Shown here: one piece after another, positions 9,613 through 24,200 of the stretch
How positions within the stretch are numbered: position 1 is the first letter of the stretch
Layout of the letters: each line of letters opens with the position of its first letter
Assembly: GCA_038087875.1 (NCBI GenBank)
Contig: CM075992.1
Location: 3,226,001-3,290,000, forward strand
DNA: 64,000 nucleotides
Source: Malacoraja senta
Lineage: Eukaryota
Reading direction: 5' to 3'
Notes under the pieces: model-generated
Told to the model about the DNA's origin: nothing
Database searches by the model: none
Seen by the model: the letters and a program-made list of their open reading frames with translations, nothing else
Position numbers and translations under genes: made by a program

Positions 9613-12600
9613 GCACCCTTACTGAAAATTATGGCCACGGGAATATCCACTGCCGAATGTTGTTTGTAGATGCATGGACCACAGGCTTTGTCAAGTACGA
9701 CCGTCAGATGAGCAACTGCATAAAGTGCCAGCCTTAATATATCCAGTAGCACTATATATGGGTAGAACAGGAACTTACACGAGCCAACACAAATCTGGAG
9801 GTACTGGGATACAAACGGCCTTGTTTTTCTGTGCACTCCATGCTAGCCTGTTGTCCAAACCCAGCGTAGGGGGGGAAGGCATCAGTGCTGAGCTACAGAT
9901 ACATCTCGGGAAAACTAACATCCCGAGTTCTGCAAAGGCACCAGGATCTTAAAAAATGAATATGTCAGATTTTGTGTGAAAATGTTCGCCTGTGTATTGA
10001 GTTCACTGTGAATAAGCTGATGGCCCTACTGTGATTTGAGTTTATAAATTAGTACAATTCCAAAAGAAAATAGAGATTATAAATTTCTGGGAAATATATA
10101 AATATATATGTATATACATATATTTATGTATGAAGAATACTTATTAATATAAAGCATCTGATAAGGCACTGTAGATCCAAACAGTAATGTCTCCGTTACC
10201 CAAAATGTGAATGAGGGCAGTAGATGAAAAAGAGAATTACAAAATATATATTTTGAATCTTAATGGAGGTGATCTCGTAAAGTTTTCAATGCATTCTTTG
10301 CTCCAGGTTTGATTGTAAAACTTTTCATTTCAATGTCATTCGGATACACTCAGCTGCTGGCTCCTGTATGGATGTCCTTTCATATGTATAGTTTTATCTT
10401 TTACATGCCTCTATACACTTAAATAGAAGATTGGATGTTCATGTTAATGTGTGGGGTTCAATGTGCGAGGGAGGCAGGTAGAGGGATCATATCTTTCCCC
10501 AATTTTTCCAATGATACCTCCCAATATCTGGCTCAATGGGCCATGCTCTCTTTATTCTAACTCCAAAGGTTGTGGGTTCAAGTTCCACTCCAGGACCGGA
10601 GCACAAAAATATAGGCTGGTACACTTAAGTACAACACTGAGAGAGTGCTGAGATGGAGGTGTGGCCTTTTGGATGAGATAACAAACCAATTTCTCAGGTG
10701 TAAAAGATCTCATGAAATTACGTCAGAGAAAAATGGGGAGTTCTCCCTGCTGTCCTGACCAAGTCTTTTCTGTTTGTCGACATTTCTAAAATGCGGTGTA
10801 GTCATTGTCATTCTGTGATTAGTAAGAGTTTGTTGTGTGCAAATTTATTGCTGTGTTTCCTACATTACAAGGGTGACAATGCCTCAAAAAGTGCTTCGTT
10901 GGCTGTGAAGCATTGTTGGACATCCCGGCATGAAAATGAAAGGTGCTATAGAAATGCAAGTCTTTATTTCTTTATTTCCGACTCGACTATCCAACTTAGG
11001 CAAGGCTGAGTGCTAAGGGTAAGCATCAAACGCCATCAGCCCGGAGAGAAAATCAGGTCTTAACGCTTTCCCAAACTATTGAACATGACTGAAAAGAAAT
11101 AGAATGAAAGGGAATGTACTTTAGCCCAAACTCTGATGTGTTGAAGGAAGAGAACTCTGGGACAAGTTCCGAAACCACTAGAAATCAATAGTTATTTTTA
11201 CTTTTTATTCCCCGCCAAGAAAAATATAGCCACCACATCAACAAAAATTCCGCTTTAGAATATGATTGTGTGGCACGGCAATTTAGAATATTTCATTCCC
11301 AATATCGCTTGAGGGCGATATAAATAAATGGGAAAAAAAGAGAAAAAAAGCTCCATCAAAATTATTGTTGCAGAAAATTATTGAATTTCGATTGTGAAAT
11401 AATGACGGCTTCCACCTATTGAATAACATGCAGATTAAAGGCCCAGCAATCTGTGGCGCAGACCCCTGCAACTATCCATCTCTTTCCTCAGTTCCATTTG
11501 TTTCTGTTTTGTGCTAAACATAAGATTAATTGAATGAGCAATTGAACTGTGTGCAAATTAAACCCATTCTGACCCATATCAAGTCCAGGAAATTAGTCCT
11601 AAACACGTAACAGCTGGCATCTTCATCTCCAAGAAAATACAAACTAAATATCTAAACCACACAGCAAAAGCCGCGGTAAAAAAAATCGTAGCGTTGCACA
11701 CAGCTAGCTCTAAATTATTCTGTTTCAAAATGGTTGTGATCTTGTGGAAACATAGTCGTCATCCTAATATAAGATATGTCTTTGGAGAGTATATCACTGT
11801 GTCAGAAATGGGTGAAAACTGCCTTGTCTCCTAATTTCAAACTACATTCTATCGTGTCATTGCTCCAGTATTTCCTGAATGTTACTGCATAGAATGTAAA
11901 CTGGCTTGCAATAATGTCCTTCTTGGGTTGAACCATGGCCATATGTCCTTCTATTATACTGAACCATCTGTTGAGCAGAGTCTATGCAGGCAGTTGATAG
12001 TTAAAGCTCAAATATTAAATATTTCCAGTTGAGGGATTGTATTTGAGAAACGCTAAAATATTTATTATCTTTTGGTACAAAAAGATCACACCAATTATGG
12101 CTTATTAATAGTCCGGTTCAGTCCCTTATCTGTATTCAAGATGACCCATGCACTGTGACCTCTGGTCCTAGACTCTCCCACTTGTGGAAACATCCTCTCC
12201 ACATCCACTCTATCTCAGCCACTAGTGGAACAATGAGACACTTAAAGGATGGGAGATAGGGAGGAGGAATTTAGGGAAGAAATTCCAGACCTCAGCTGCT
12301 GAAGGCATGTTGATCGTGATGGAGCAATTCAATTTGGAAATGAACGAGGTCAGTATTAGAGAAGAGTAGAGATCTCGGAAGTTATATTATGAATGGATTT
12401 GCAATGTTGGGTGCAGTGGCAACACAAAACTGAGGCATATGGTTTGATGTTTTCATTCTTGGGCATTCCATCAACAATATAATACAAACTCACTCCTTCA
12501 GAGAAGCCAAGGGGGTAACTGAGTCAAAGATCACAGCTCTCACGGCTTCACCCAACACTTCACTGCCAGGGAAACCTAATTATCACTCCCTAATTTGTGA

Positions 12601-15600
12601 TAAAATAATATCCATGAAGGGAGAGGAGAGGCATGACATACAATGATATTCCTTTCAGAGTCGTTTGCAGAACTCTCATAGTCATAGAGCAAGGAAACAG
12701 GCCCTTCGGTCCAACTAGCCCATGCCAACCAAGATGCCTGATCTACACTAATCCCAGCTGCCCGCATTTGGCCCAAATCCCACTAAACCAGATGAGAAAC
12801 CGTATCAGATACAATTAATACTTTGCAGTCCAGATTCAATTCTGTTGACCTATTGATAGGGGGTCTAAGGCATTCAGTTGAGGAGGAATTTCATTGCAAA
12901 TATTTTACACAAACAGACTTGTGTGTATAAGTTTCAAACAAAACAGTAAATATTGTATCCTTAAACAAGTTTGTTAGAAACATCGAGTCCCTGTGCACTG
13001 AGGTAAAAACATAAGAAAATGGAGCAGGGGAAGGTCTTTGGCCTCTCGAGTCTGTTTGCCATTCATTAAGTTAGCTAATCTTCTCCTTTATCCACTTTCT
13101 GGTCATTTTCATATCGCCTGAGCCTTCAGTGCCCAAAAATCTATTGATAGATGAATATTGGCGAATGTCAGACTTTATAGTTCTAAAACCCTGCAAATGA
13201 AGAAATAACTAAAGATCACTTCAAAAGGTTTTGCATTCATCTTGGTCGAAGCAAGGAACTGCAGCATATCTTGTGCTGCCTGACCCGCTGAGTTCCTCCA
13301 GCACTTTTTGTCATCTGCAGTTATCCATTATTTATTTTGACATATATTCGAAGGCACCAGCTTTCAAAACTTATCTTAATAATGTGTATTCAATGCTGAC
13401 ATTTTTAAACATCTCTTTTGACCTCTGACAATTTTCATAATCTTTTCTGTAAACTGTAGGTAAGTGCATTGCATTCTTAGCTCTTGAGTGAGAACCTTGT
13501 AGGACCAAGTCCCTTATGTAGAATGAACTGTATTCTTAGACCCATAGAAATTTGTAGCTAGAAAGGTCATATTCAGTTCATCCAGTCCAACATTACCTGA
13601 GAAATGTATCCACGCCATCCATGAAAGCATTCCAGCTTAATCCTATTTAGTTTTTGATTAGGTTGGGGCTTAACCACGTAATTTTAAAGTGTGCTGAGGC
13701 CTCTGCCTCCACTTCCCTTTCAAGTGGTGAGTTCCAGGGTCCTTTCAGCCTCTGTGTGGTTTTCCCAAACTTTTCTCTATTTTTTTTCACCAACTCCTTT
13801 ATAACATTGTGTAGGAAGGAACTGCAGATGCTGGTTTAAACCCAAGATAGACAAAAACAGCTGGAGTAACTCAGCGGGTCAGGCAGCACCTCTGGAGAAA
13901 ATGAATAGGTGACGTTTTGCTTTGAGACGTCTTCAGACTGAGTCGGGGAAAAGGGCACGACAGATATGGAGGGTGATATAGAGAGATGTCGAACAAATGA
14001 ATGAAAGATATGCAAAAAACCTTCCTGCGTAAATGCTCATAAAATACACAGTGCACATGGATCTGTGTTTAAATAAAAACAATGAACAGTCTGTAACATA
14101 AAATAAATAGAATGGAGACGAGGAAACACTTTTTCATACAGAGAGTGGTGAATCTGTGGAATTCTCTGCCTCAGAGGGCGGTGGAAGCAGGTTCTCTGGA
14201 TGCTTTCAAGAGAGAGCTAGACAGGGCTCTTAAAAATAGCGGAGTCAGGGGATATGGGGAGAAGGCAGGAACGGGGTACTGATTGGGGATGATCAGCCAT
14301 GATCACATTGAATGGCGGTGCTGGCTCGAAGGGCTGAATGGCCTACTCCTGCACCTATTTTCTATAAATCATATGGAAATGGCATCATGGAAACAGATTT
14401 GTGTGGAAATCTGGAATTTTACATCAATCTCGTTCAGGATCAGGAAAGAGGAATAACAAGGTATTTCAAACACCACTGTTTATTCCTCAACATATAAAAT
14501 TCAATCACTAACCTCAGCAGTGGCAAACAACTGCCATAATCAACAAAATGCCGTCACCTGAATCCAACATTATAGCAAAACTGAAATAAGCTCAAAATGC
14601 AAGTCAGTTTTCTGAGGATGCAAAGATGCAAGGAACATGAGGCAGTTGGCATTCCGTATTATTTTAACCATACTTTATTTCAATTACTATTTGGATTCAG
14701 AATTGACTAAAACTTGCCTTCTGGAAATAAAAACATTGTGTGTAAACCAAGACATAGGCACAAAATGCCGGAGTAACTCAGCGGGACAGGAAACATCTCT
14801 GGAGAGAAGGAATGGGCGACGTTTCGGGTCGAGATCCTTTTTCAGACTGATAGTCAGTGGAGAGGGAGACTAGAGATATGGAAGGGTAAAAAGGGCAGGT
14901 AAAGTGTGAAAAGGACAGATCAAGGCAGATGCTGAAGAAGGAAAAGTAGAATGGTTCATTGTCGGCCATGGGGAAGGTGACAATGAGGCATACAAACAGT
15001 AAAATTAATCAGGAGGAAGGTGAAACTATGATGGGGGAGGGACTGAGAGTGGGGGAAAGCAAGGGTTACTTGAAGTTACAGAAATTAATACACATTCCGC
15101 TGGCATAAACCAAAGCTAAGTTAATACATGTGTCTTTTTCATGTTTGGCATGATCAACAAATCCCGTCAAAAGGATTAAATGCATCACTTGAGTTTGACA
15201 GAGGAAAGGAGAATTTAAGCAATTTATACTGTGGGATTCAGGATCATTTTCAATGGGTTGACTGTTCCCTCTGCTCAACAAATGTACTATTATATTGATG
15301 AATGAGAACATGTACAAGTGGGGAAAGGGGCATTCTTTGCAATGCAATGACTGAGTAATTTTTTAAATATGGTCTGACTTCTTTCAGGTGGTTAGTTCCA
15401 GACCTGCAAACTCCCACTGGGTGGAAAATAAATTATCAGCTCTTCCGTAATCCTTTATCAATTACCTGAAATGTATCTAATTTATTTCCCTGCCTTTAAC
15501 AGTCATTTATGAGATTGGGTGTCAAAGTTCACACTATCATTTATTGCCCATTCTTAATTATGTGTCTCATGCATACGCAGGCACATATATGATGTCCCAG

Positions 15601-18569
15601 CTTGAGTGACAGCCACATCCCATAAATGAATAATATTAATTGATTACCAAAAGGTCTTTCAAATAAAATTGTGATCGAACCAAATGGAAAATATCTGGTT
15701 ATATTTTCCAAATCTAACCAAATTTCATTCCTGGACTTTCCAATGAAAGTTGTTCTGGTGACGGTAGAACAGCATTATGTTGCATCAGCTGGAGATTATT
15801 GCAAGCCCAGTATACATGCATTGTGGAATGGTTAAATCCATGTGTTGCGATGTTTAATAAGATACTATTTTTGGTGGCTACACAGCCACAGTGTGTCTAG
15901 GTTTGCAGAACTCTGCAGAAACCTTCCCCGCACGCAACCACTGTTGTATCTCGTCAGCTGCAAAGGATTTTCATTCTCGTTTATCAGTTCTGTGTTTTCT
16001 GTAAGTCGGTCACCAGCTTTTTGCAGGCTCTTCCCCAACTACCAACGGCAACCTTGGAGTCGACTGGTACCAACCCATTGTGGCATCAACTGCATCTCAA
16101 CTGGTGAAAGTCAACTGGCCTCATACTGGAGAGGGGAGTCAAGGAAGTTCCTGCTGATGTAAGAGGTGTGAATGAACTGAGGAGTTCCTTTTGACACACA
16201 CTCATAGACGTCAAATATTACTGTTAGTGATGATGACTAATCATTTGTCGTCATGGAAAATTGTTTTAACAGAAGTTATTTATTGTTTTAAATGGTTCAG
16301 GACAAAATATTATCTAAGTCCAATCTTCCTTGTGTATGTCCAATGATAATTCAATAATTGGTTGAATGCTGTGCAGATTCAGTTGCTGATCAAGTAGTCC
16401 CAATAATTCAGAAATCCTAGTTCAATAGACCACAGCAGGCGGGAATTTTAAATTAAGCTAAATAAATAAATCTGGAATTAAAAACTAGCGACCATGAAAT
16501 CCATCTGGTTCATTAATGCACTGTATGGAAGGAAATCTACAATCCTTACCGTGGCGCAGTGGTAGTTTTGCAGCCTTACAGCACCAGAGACCCAGGTTCG
16601 ATCCTGACTACAGGTGCTGTCAAAACGGAGTTTGTACTTTCTCCCTGTGAATGCGTGGGTTTTCTCCTGGTGCACCGGTTTCCTCCCGCATTCGAAAGGC
16701 GGACAGGTTTGTAGGTTAATTGGCTTCAGTAAAATTGTTTTAAAAAAATCGTCTCTAGTGTGTAGGATAGTGCTAATGTAGAGGGTGATCATTGGTCAGG
16801 GTGGACCCAGTGGGCCAAAGGACGTGTTTCCGCGCTGTATCTCTTTAAAAAAAAAACTTACCACCAGTCTGTCTATAGTGGTTGCTCTAGGCTGCCCTCT
16901 GAAAAGACTCAGCAAGCTCTACAAAGGCAAGGTTAAATAAAATTGGGTATTTATCGTGATGCCAACATCTTACAAATGGATATTTTAAATTTTGTTAAAA
17001 GTCTGATCCCAACTTTGATCTGGAGTAGTGATTACACAGTATTAGGCAACCTCACTCAGTTCATGCTGATGGCCGGTGTAGAAAGCAGTGATGCCGTTCA
17101 AGTTCTTTTCCAAGAGTGGGTTGCTGCAGGTTCTAGCGCCACTGCTGTGCACAGTAAACACAGATAATGCAGAAAGCACTCGGCGGGTCAGGCAGCATCC
17201 GTGAAGCAGGAAACAAGAATTACTATTTCGGCTCAGTCACCTCTCAGTGGGACTGGGAAGTTTTGAAGTGCGGAGAAAAGAGAATGAGGGCAATTGGGGT
17301 GAGGCAGGCAGGAGAGGTTGGAGATGAGGGCTGCAGGTGAATAGAACAAATGATGGGTGTGGAGGAGGGAAGGAAGGAATCTTTATCTGACATTATTGAA
17401 CATTGTTGAGTATGGAAGTAAAGTGGTGCACTTCAATGTTACATCAGACACCTTATTGAAAGATGAGAAACTATGGTCTCTTAAGCCTGTGAGTAGGAGT
17501 GTTCCTGTCTCTGTACTAATATCTTTCACCTCACAAAACCATGACAATTGATCAAACATATGTCTGTGAGAAGGCTGTTCCCTGTTCAAAAGGGATGTTA
17601 AAGCCACAATTCTCTATTGGGAAAAAAAATCTCATATTTGTGAGTTGATACCATTGTTTTCATTCTGCAATTGCAGGATTTCTATTTTACTTACAAAGTA
17701 GTATTGATGCTAGTGTGTCAGTCAATGAATTGAAGCATGGTATATTGTACATGGTATATAGTTTGTTGTAGTCTTTATCAGCCTAGGTTTGAGATTCCAT
17801 GGGCGAGGATGTGGATTCCAAAGATTAGAGGGATTTATTAACGTTAAAATAATTCAATTGTAAAATTCACCAAAAAGCAAAAATAAATAACAGCATACTA
17901 TTTCTTATATTTCATATATATTTTTAGGCAGAGATTGACAGATTCTTGATTAGTACAGGTGTCAAGGGTTACATAGAAACATATAAAATAGGTGCAGGAG
18001 GAGGCCATTTGTCCCTTAGAGCCAGCACCGCCATTCATTGTGATCATGGCTGATCGTCCACAATCAATAACCCGTGCCTGCCTTCTCCCCATAATCCCTT
18101 GATTCCGCTACCCCTAGAGCTCTATCTAACTCTCTTTTAAATTCATCCAGTTGAATTGGCCTCCACTGCCTTCTGTGGCAGAGAATTCCACAAATTCACA
18201 ACTCTCTGGGTGAAAAAGTTTTTTCTCGTTTCCGTTTTATGGTTATGGGAGAAGGCAGGAGAATGGGGTTGAGAGGGGAAAGATAGATCAGCCGTGATTG
18301 AAAGGTGGAGTAGACTTGATGGGCCGAATGGCCTCATTCTGTTCTTAGAACTTGTGAATGATGACAATGCATTTAAGTCAGGGCCGATGAAAAGTCCTGC
18401 AAACTCTCCTCCTTGCATTGATGCACCAGCTACAATTCATGTTGTTCACAGTCTACACAAGGCAGATCTAACACAGAAAGGATCAGTGTCAATAACACAA
18501 CTGTAGGGATACCTTATACTCATCAGCGAGCTGTCTATTTGTCAGATATCACCATTGGTCTTCTGCAGT

Positions 18570-19130
18570 GGTACAGGGCCCTAGTGAGACCACTCCTGGA
18601 GTATTGTGTGCAGTTTTGGTCCCCTAATTTGAGGCAGGACATTCTTACTATTGAGGGAGTGCAGCGTAGGTTTACAAGGTTAATTCCCGTGATGGCGGGA
18701 CTGTCATATGCTGAGAGAATGGAGCGGCTGGGCTGGTATACTCTGGGGTTTATAGGATGAGAGGGGATCTCATTGAAACATGTAAGATTATAAGGGTTTG
18801 GACACCCTAGAGGCAGGAAACATGTTCCGATGTTGGGGGAGTCCAGAACCAGGGGCCACAGTTTAAGAATAAGGGGTAAGCCGAGGAACACTTTTTCTCA
18901 CAGAGAGTTGTGAGCCTGTGGAATTCTCTGCCTCAGAGGGCGGTGGAGGCCGGTTCCCTGGATACATTCAAGAGAGAGCGAGATAGGGCTCTTAAAGATA
19001 GCGGAGTCAGGGGATATGGGGAAGAAGGCAGGAATGGGATACTGATTGCGGATGATCAGCCATCATCACATTGAATGGCGGTGCTGGCTCGAAGGGACAA
19101 ATGGCCTACTCCTGCACCTATTGTCTATTG
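18570..19130 (+). mobile_element. CR1-clade LINE 3' fragment
   Basis: YRALVRPLLEYCVQFWSP...IEGVQRRFTRLIP...LSYAERMERLG.YTL is the CR1 ORF2 C-terminus; the tail is CCTATTGTCTATTG. Other copies near 14112, 17925, 19418(-), 19950, 36770, 37160, 39935, 41735, 43440(-), 53915, 54800(-), 55633 and 63108(-). Confidence 0.9.
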
Positions 19131-21083
19131 TTTCCTTTCTCAGTCACACATCTCTATTGAAACATTCTTATTACCCCGTAAAAACAATAATCTTACAACT
19201 CTGATAACCATTTTTTTACTAGACTTTATCCTTAATCTTACTGTTACACTGATAGAATTAAGAAGTAAGTTTACGTTCTAAAGAAAAAAACACATATCTG
19301 TAAAACCTTTTGTTTTCCTTTCAGAATATTCCAATGTGATTCACGGCCAGTGAAGTGCTTTTGAAAAGTTGTCATTGTTCTCACACAGGTTTGGTCATTC
19401 TCTCTCTAGAGGCCAAGACAATAGCCAATAGGTGCAGGAGTAGGCCATTCGGCCCTTCGAGCCAGCACCGCCATTCAATGTGATCATGGCTGATCATCCC
19501 CAATCAGTACCCCGTTCCTGCCTTCTCCCCATATCATCTGACTCCTTTAACTTTAAGAGCCCTATCTAGCTCTCTCTTGAAAGTATCCAGAGAACCAGCC
19601 TCCATCGCCGTCTGAGGCAGAGAATTCCACAGACTCACAACTCTCTGTGTGAAGGAGTGTTTCCTCGTCTCCGTTCTAAATGGCTTACCCCTTATTCTTA
19701 AACTGTGGCCCCTGGTTCTGGACTCCCCCAACATCGGGAACATGGTTCCTGCCTCTAGCGTGTCCCATCCCTTAATAATCTTATATGTTTCAATAATCCC
19801 TCTCATCCTTCTAAACTCCAGAGTGTACAAGCCCAGCTGCTCCATTCAGCAGGGAATGCCTATGTTCATCAATCTCTCTTAGAAACTTTGAGGAAAATTT
19901 CACCATATTAACACACAAACTCACTTCATTTAAAAATTAAGTTTAATTATTGAAACTTACCAAATAGTGAAAGGCCTGGATAGAGTAGATGTGGAGAGGA
20001 TGTTTCCACTAGTGGGAGAGTCTAAGACCAAAGGTCATAGCCTCAGAATAAAAGGACGTACCTTTAGAAAGGAGAGCAGAAGACATTTCTTTAGTCAGAA
20101 GGTGGTGAATCTGTGGAATCCATCACCACAGGCGGCTGTGGAGGCCAAGTCAATGGATATTTTTAAGGTAGAGATTGCTAGATTCTGGATTTGTACGGGT
20201 ATCAGAGGTAAGGGGAGAAGGCAGGAGAATGTGGTTGAGAGAGAGAGATAGATCAGCCTTGATTGAATGGTGGAATGACCTAATTCTGCTCCTATCACAT
20301 GGTTTGGCAGATAATATGTGTTACTCATAACTGAGTGGGTCCCGTCCTGATATCCAACTTGACTCTACAGTGTCAAGCAAGTGTCACAGGTTAGAGTTCA
20401 GATGTAGAATTAAACAGAGGCCTTGTCTCGTGTAAGTGAGGTGAAAGATCCCAGAGCACCATTTTGAAGAACAACAGGGCAGTGTGTCCTGAACAATATT
20501 TACCTGGCACTCAAACATTATTTATCTGCCCATTATCACATTGCAATTAGTTATAGCTTTTTGTGCACAAATTTACCATGTTTTCTGCAGAAGTGCATCA
20601 TTGGCTGTAAACACTGGGGCATTTTGAAAAGTGCTCGAGAATGGAGACCTCTTGCTACACTGGGTGACAGAACATATGATATAGAACTGTGCCAGAAATA
20701 ATGTGTAGGAAAGAACTGCAGATGCTGGTTTACACCAAAGATAGACCCAAAACTCTGGAGCAACTCAGCAGGTCAGGCAGCATCTCTGGAGAAAAGTAGT
20801 AGATGACATTTTGGGTGAGATCCTTGTTCAGACTAAAACGTCACCCATTCCTTTTCTCCAGAGATGCTGCCTGACCCGCTGAGTTACTCCAGCTTCTATG
20901 GCAGAAAGGAACAACATTTGTTTTTCCAGTCTCTTCAGAGAAATGACGAGGCAGCAGTCAGTGATCTGTTTGTACTCATCTGTGCTTGCATGCATGTGTG
21001 AAAAAGGGGGAGAGACTGGATCTAGAGTAGACTGTGCAAGTATCGCATGCATCTAGTCTATTCACATTTGCCTTTAAAGATTG

Positions 21084-21280
21084 TTTAAAGAAGGAACTGC
21101 AGATGCTCGAAAATCGAAGGTAGACAAAAATGCTGGAGAAACTCAGCGGGTGAGGCAGCATCTATGGAGCGAAGGAAATAGGCGACGTTTCTGAAGAAGG
21201 GTCTCGACCCGAAACATCGCCTATTTCCTTCGCTCCATAGATGCTGCCTCACCCGCTGAGTTTCTCCAGCACTTTTTGTC
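21084..21280. mobile_element. Palindromic Penelope-like repeat with 15-bp TSD
   Basis: Inverted arms. TGCCTTTAAAGATTG occurs at 21069-21083 and 21281-21295. Degenerate hammerhead core at 21191-21218. Confidence 0.75.
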
Positions 21281-24200
21281 TGCCTTTAAAGATTGATCAC
21301 TTCACCAGGATCCTAGGCTGCTCTGTTGCTTATGGAAAATAACGGAATAATCTTTCATACATCCATGGGATGTTAGCATTAGTGGCTCGCCCATTTAAGG
21401 CTGTGTCCTAACTGCTCCTGAACTGGCTTCTGTGCTGGGCCATTCAGAGAGTAGACAAAATGTGTAGGAAGGAACTGCAGGTGCTGGTTTACACCGAAGA
21501 TAGACACAAAATGCCGGAGTAACTCAGAGGGTCAGGCAGTATCTCTGGAGAAAAGGAGTAGGTGACATTTCAGGTCGAGACCCTTCTTCAGACATTTCAG
21601 AGGGTAGTTAGAAGTCTCACTTATAGATTAGATTAAGAGAGTAGACCTTTCCAAAGATGGGATTCGTGGTCACCACTGTTGGTACTAGTTTTTTTAAAAA
21701 ATATTCCAAGTTATTTACCAGCTTCCAGGTAATTCATCCAAATTCATTATTCTGGGCCTCAAATCTATAGTGTCTGTCTATATCATATCGATATCTATAT
21801 CATAGGAATATTTCCTGTAGGGGAGTTGGTGGGAGGTGACTGGAGAATAATTGTGAGGAAAGGTGTCGCCAGAAGCAGCAAGAGTACTTCCGTCACTAGA
21901 GGGAAGAGGACAAGTAGGAATAATATGATTCTCATTCAATCATTGGACATAACACTACACATAGGAAGCATATGCCTTGGATAACATTCTGGCCTGAACC
22001 TCTCATGCAAGAACAGATTAAATCAACCTCTGGTTTCTAAGGTCAACAATATTGAATATATCAGAAGGCAAAATTCTCCTATTTTTCCTTCCCCTCCTCA
22101 AAGTTCTGCCTACCTTTCTGATTATTCCGATCTTCCGTTTATCTAGCCCATCCCCTGCAGTGCAGGCAGGTTTCCCAGGAAATGGTATCTGGGCACTCGT
22201 AGAGAGATGGTGTTCCCTTCTCTGGGTCACAGGGATGTCTGCATTGGTACAATGTGTAGGCACAAGATGTTGGCGGAATTGAGTTCTGGCATTCGTTCAG
22301 ATTCACGCATTTCTCCGAAAAGCAAGAGCCTGGAGCAAGAAGTCAAAGCATCAAAGGGATTGCATTCCGATATAAAAGGGAAGAAAACCCGACCATTTCC
22401 ATTGCCCTTTTCTGAATGTGATGACGTCCTCTTCCCAGATACAGGTCTGGGCCCTTTTACCGCTTCCGCCAAGGATAAAAGCATCAATCCATAATTACCT
22501 TCTGCCTTCTGTAGACCACACCTGCATAGAGCTAGCTGAACAGTGGACTGAGCAGGAGAAGCAAAACTATGTCAATTCTGTGCCCCAGATCCCACACTAA
22601 CCCCACGCAATCCCACCTTGGGTCAGCTGGATGTTTGTTGAAGCTTTGCCTGGTTATTCCGTCGTGAGTGACCCTCTGCCGATTTTTTTGTTGTCAAATC
22701 ACCTGAAATATATTGGCGCTGTGCGAAGTTTGCCTTTTTTAAACTTGTCGACTATTAATAATCTGATCCATTCGGCGAGACTGTAGCAAGATTTGGCAGC
22801 CAGACTGGTCATTGGGCCTAATGCCTACTTGTCTGGCTGACGTAATTCGACCGGAAAAGGGAACCAACATTCCCGCAGAGGTCTGGGAACAGGAGAGATG
22901 TCCTTTGTAGTTTCTCCGGAACTCAAGTGAGATGAACACAACCATTGCTACAAGACCACCCTCATTCCACCCTCTCCCACCAACCAAAACCATTTGACTT
23001 GCTCCAACATTTTCAGTTGCCATTCGGGGTAAATAGTCACTGACATCTTGTACATGCAAAAGCAAAGCATGAATTAATTCCAGGAGGTAATGGAATGCTA
23101 TCCCTGTGGCCTTCAAAGAAATAAAGGTTTATAATATGTGCCAAGATACTATGGAAGGGATGATTATCGTGTTACATTTTTAAAGCAAGATCAACAAACT
23201 GAATTACACATGTGATAGATCCCACACAAGCATAGCTCAACCTTAGAAACCAGCGACAGCTAATTTAATCTGACTACAAGCTTCTGTCAGTGTTTTATAT
23301 TTGTTGTCTAAAAGAGCAAGGGATTGATATTGCCGCCTGAACCCAGCAAGTTGCATCTCCTGGTCCAGGGGAAACATGACTGCGACCAACGGCACTGGAA
23401 ATCTGGAATAAGAGGGAATAAGAGTGCTGGAAATGCCCAGAGGACCAGGCAGCATACGCAGCAGGGAATAGCAGAGTTAGCATCTCAGCTCAATGAACTC
23501 AGGTGAGCCTGTGCACCAATGTGGCCTGACCTGCTGAGTATTTCCAGCATTGCTCGCAGCACTGCAGGGCTTCTTTTGCGAGTGCAGTACAATTTCCCGG
23601 TTCAGTCGACTGAACTTCCTCGACTTTTATTGTAAATTTGATAATCTGGTCAGATCTCACTTCAGCATCGTCCTCTTTGGCTTTCCCCCGGATGGTGTCA
23701 GTGCAAAGCAACCAAAGGCCCAAACATTCACCATTAAATCCCGTCACTGTGGCCAATTTTCTGATATCCTCTAGCAGACGAGGAGCAATTTTTTGATAGC
23801 CAAATGAAATCGCTGTTTTCTAACAATCACAAAAAATAATGATCTTGATTTTAAAGTGGACAGCCTGGATTCCTACTGAGGTATGAACCCCAGGTGAACC
23901 ATTCCCGCAGGGAATCCAAGGTGGCGATATCACAGACCTGCTCCAATGGAGATTAGTCTAATGAACAAACAGCTCTCGCACTTGGGAGACCCAGGTTCTC
24001 AGTGCTTGCATCGGAGATTGTTGTAGCTTCTGCTGGAGATCTACAGTCGTTCCAATCGCTTGTTAAGTGCATGTTTCTTTCTTAACAGAACAGTATTACT
24101 TCTGTGACTAACAACCCACACACACAACAACAACAACAACAAATAACCTGGGCACACATCCAGTGGACTATGCAATTCTGTAAACTCCTATATTCCCTTC

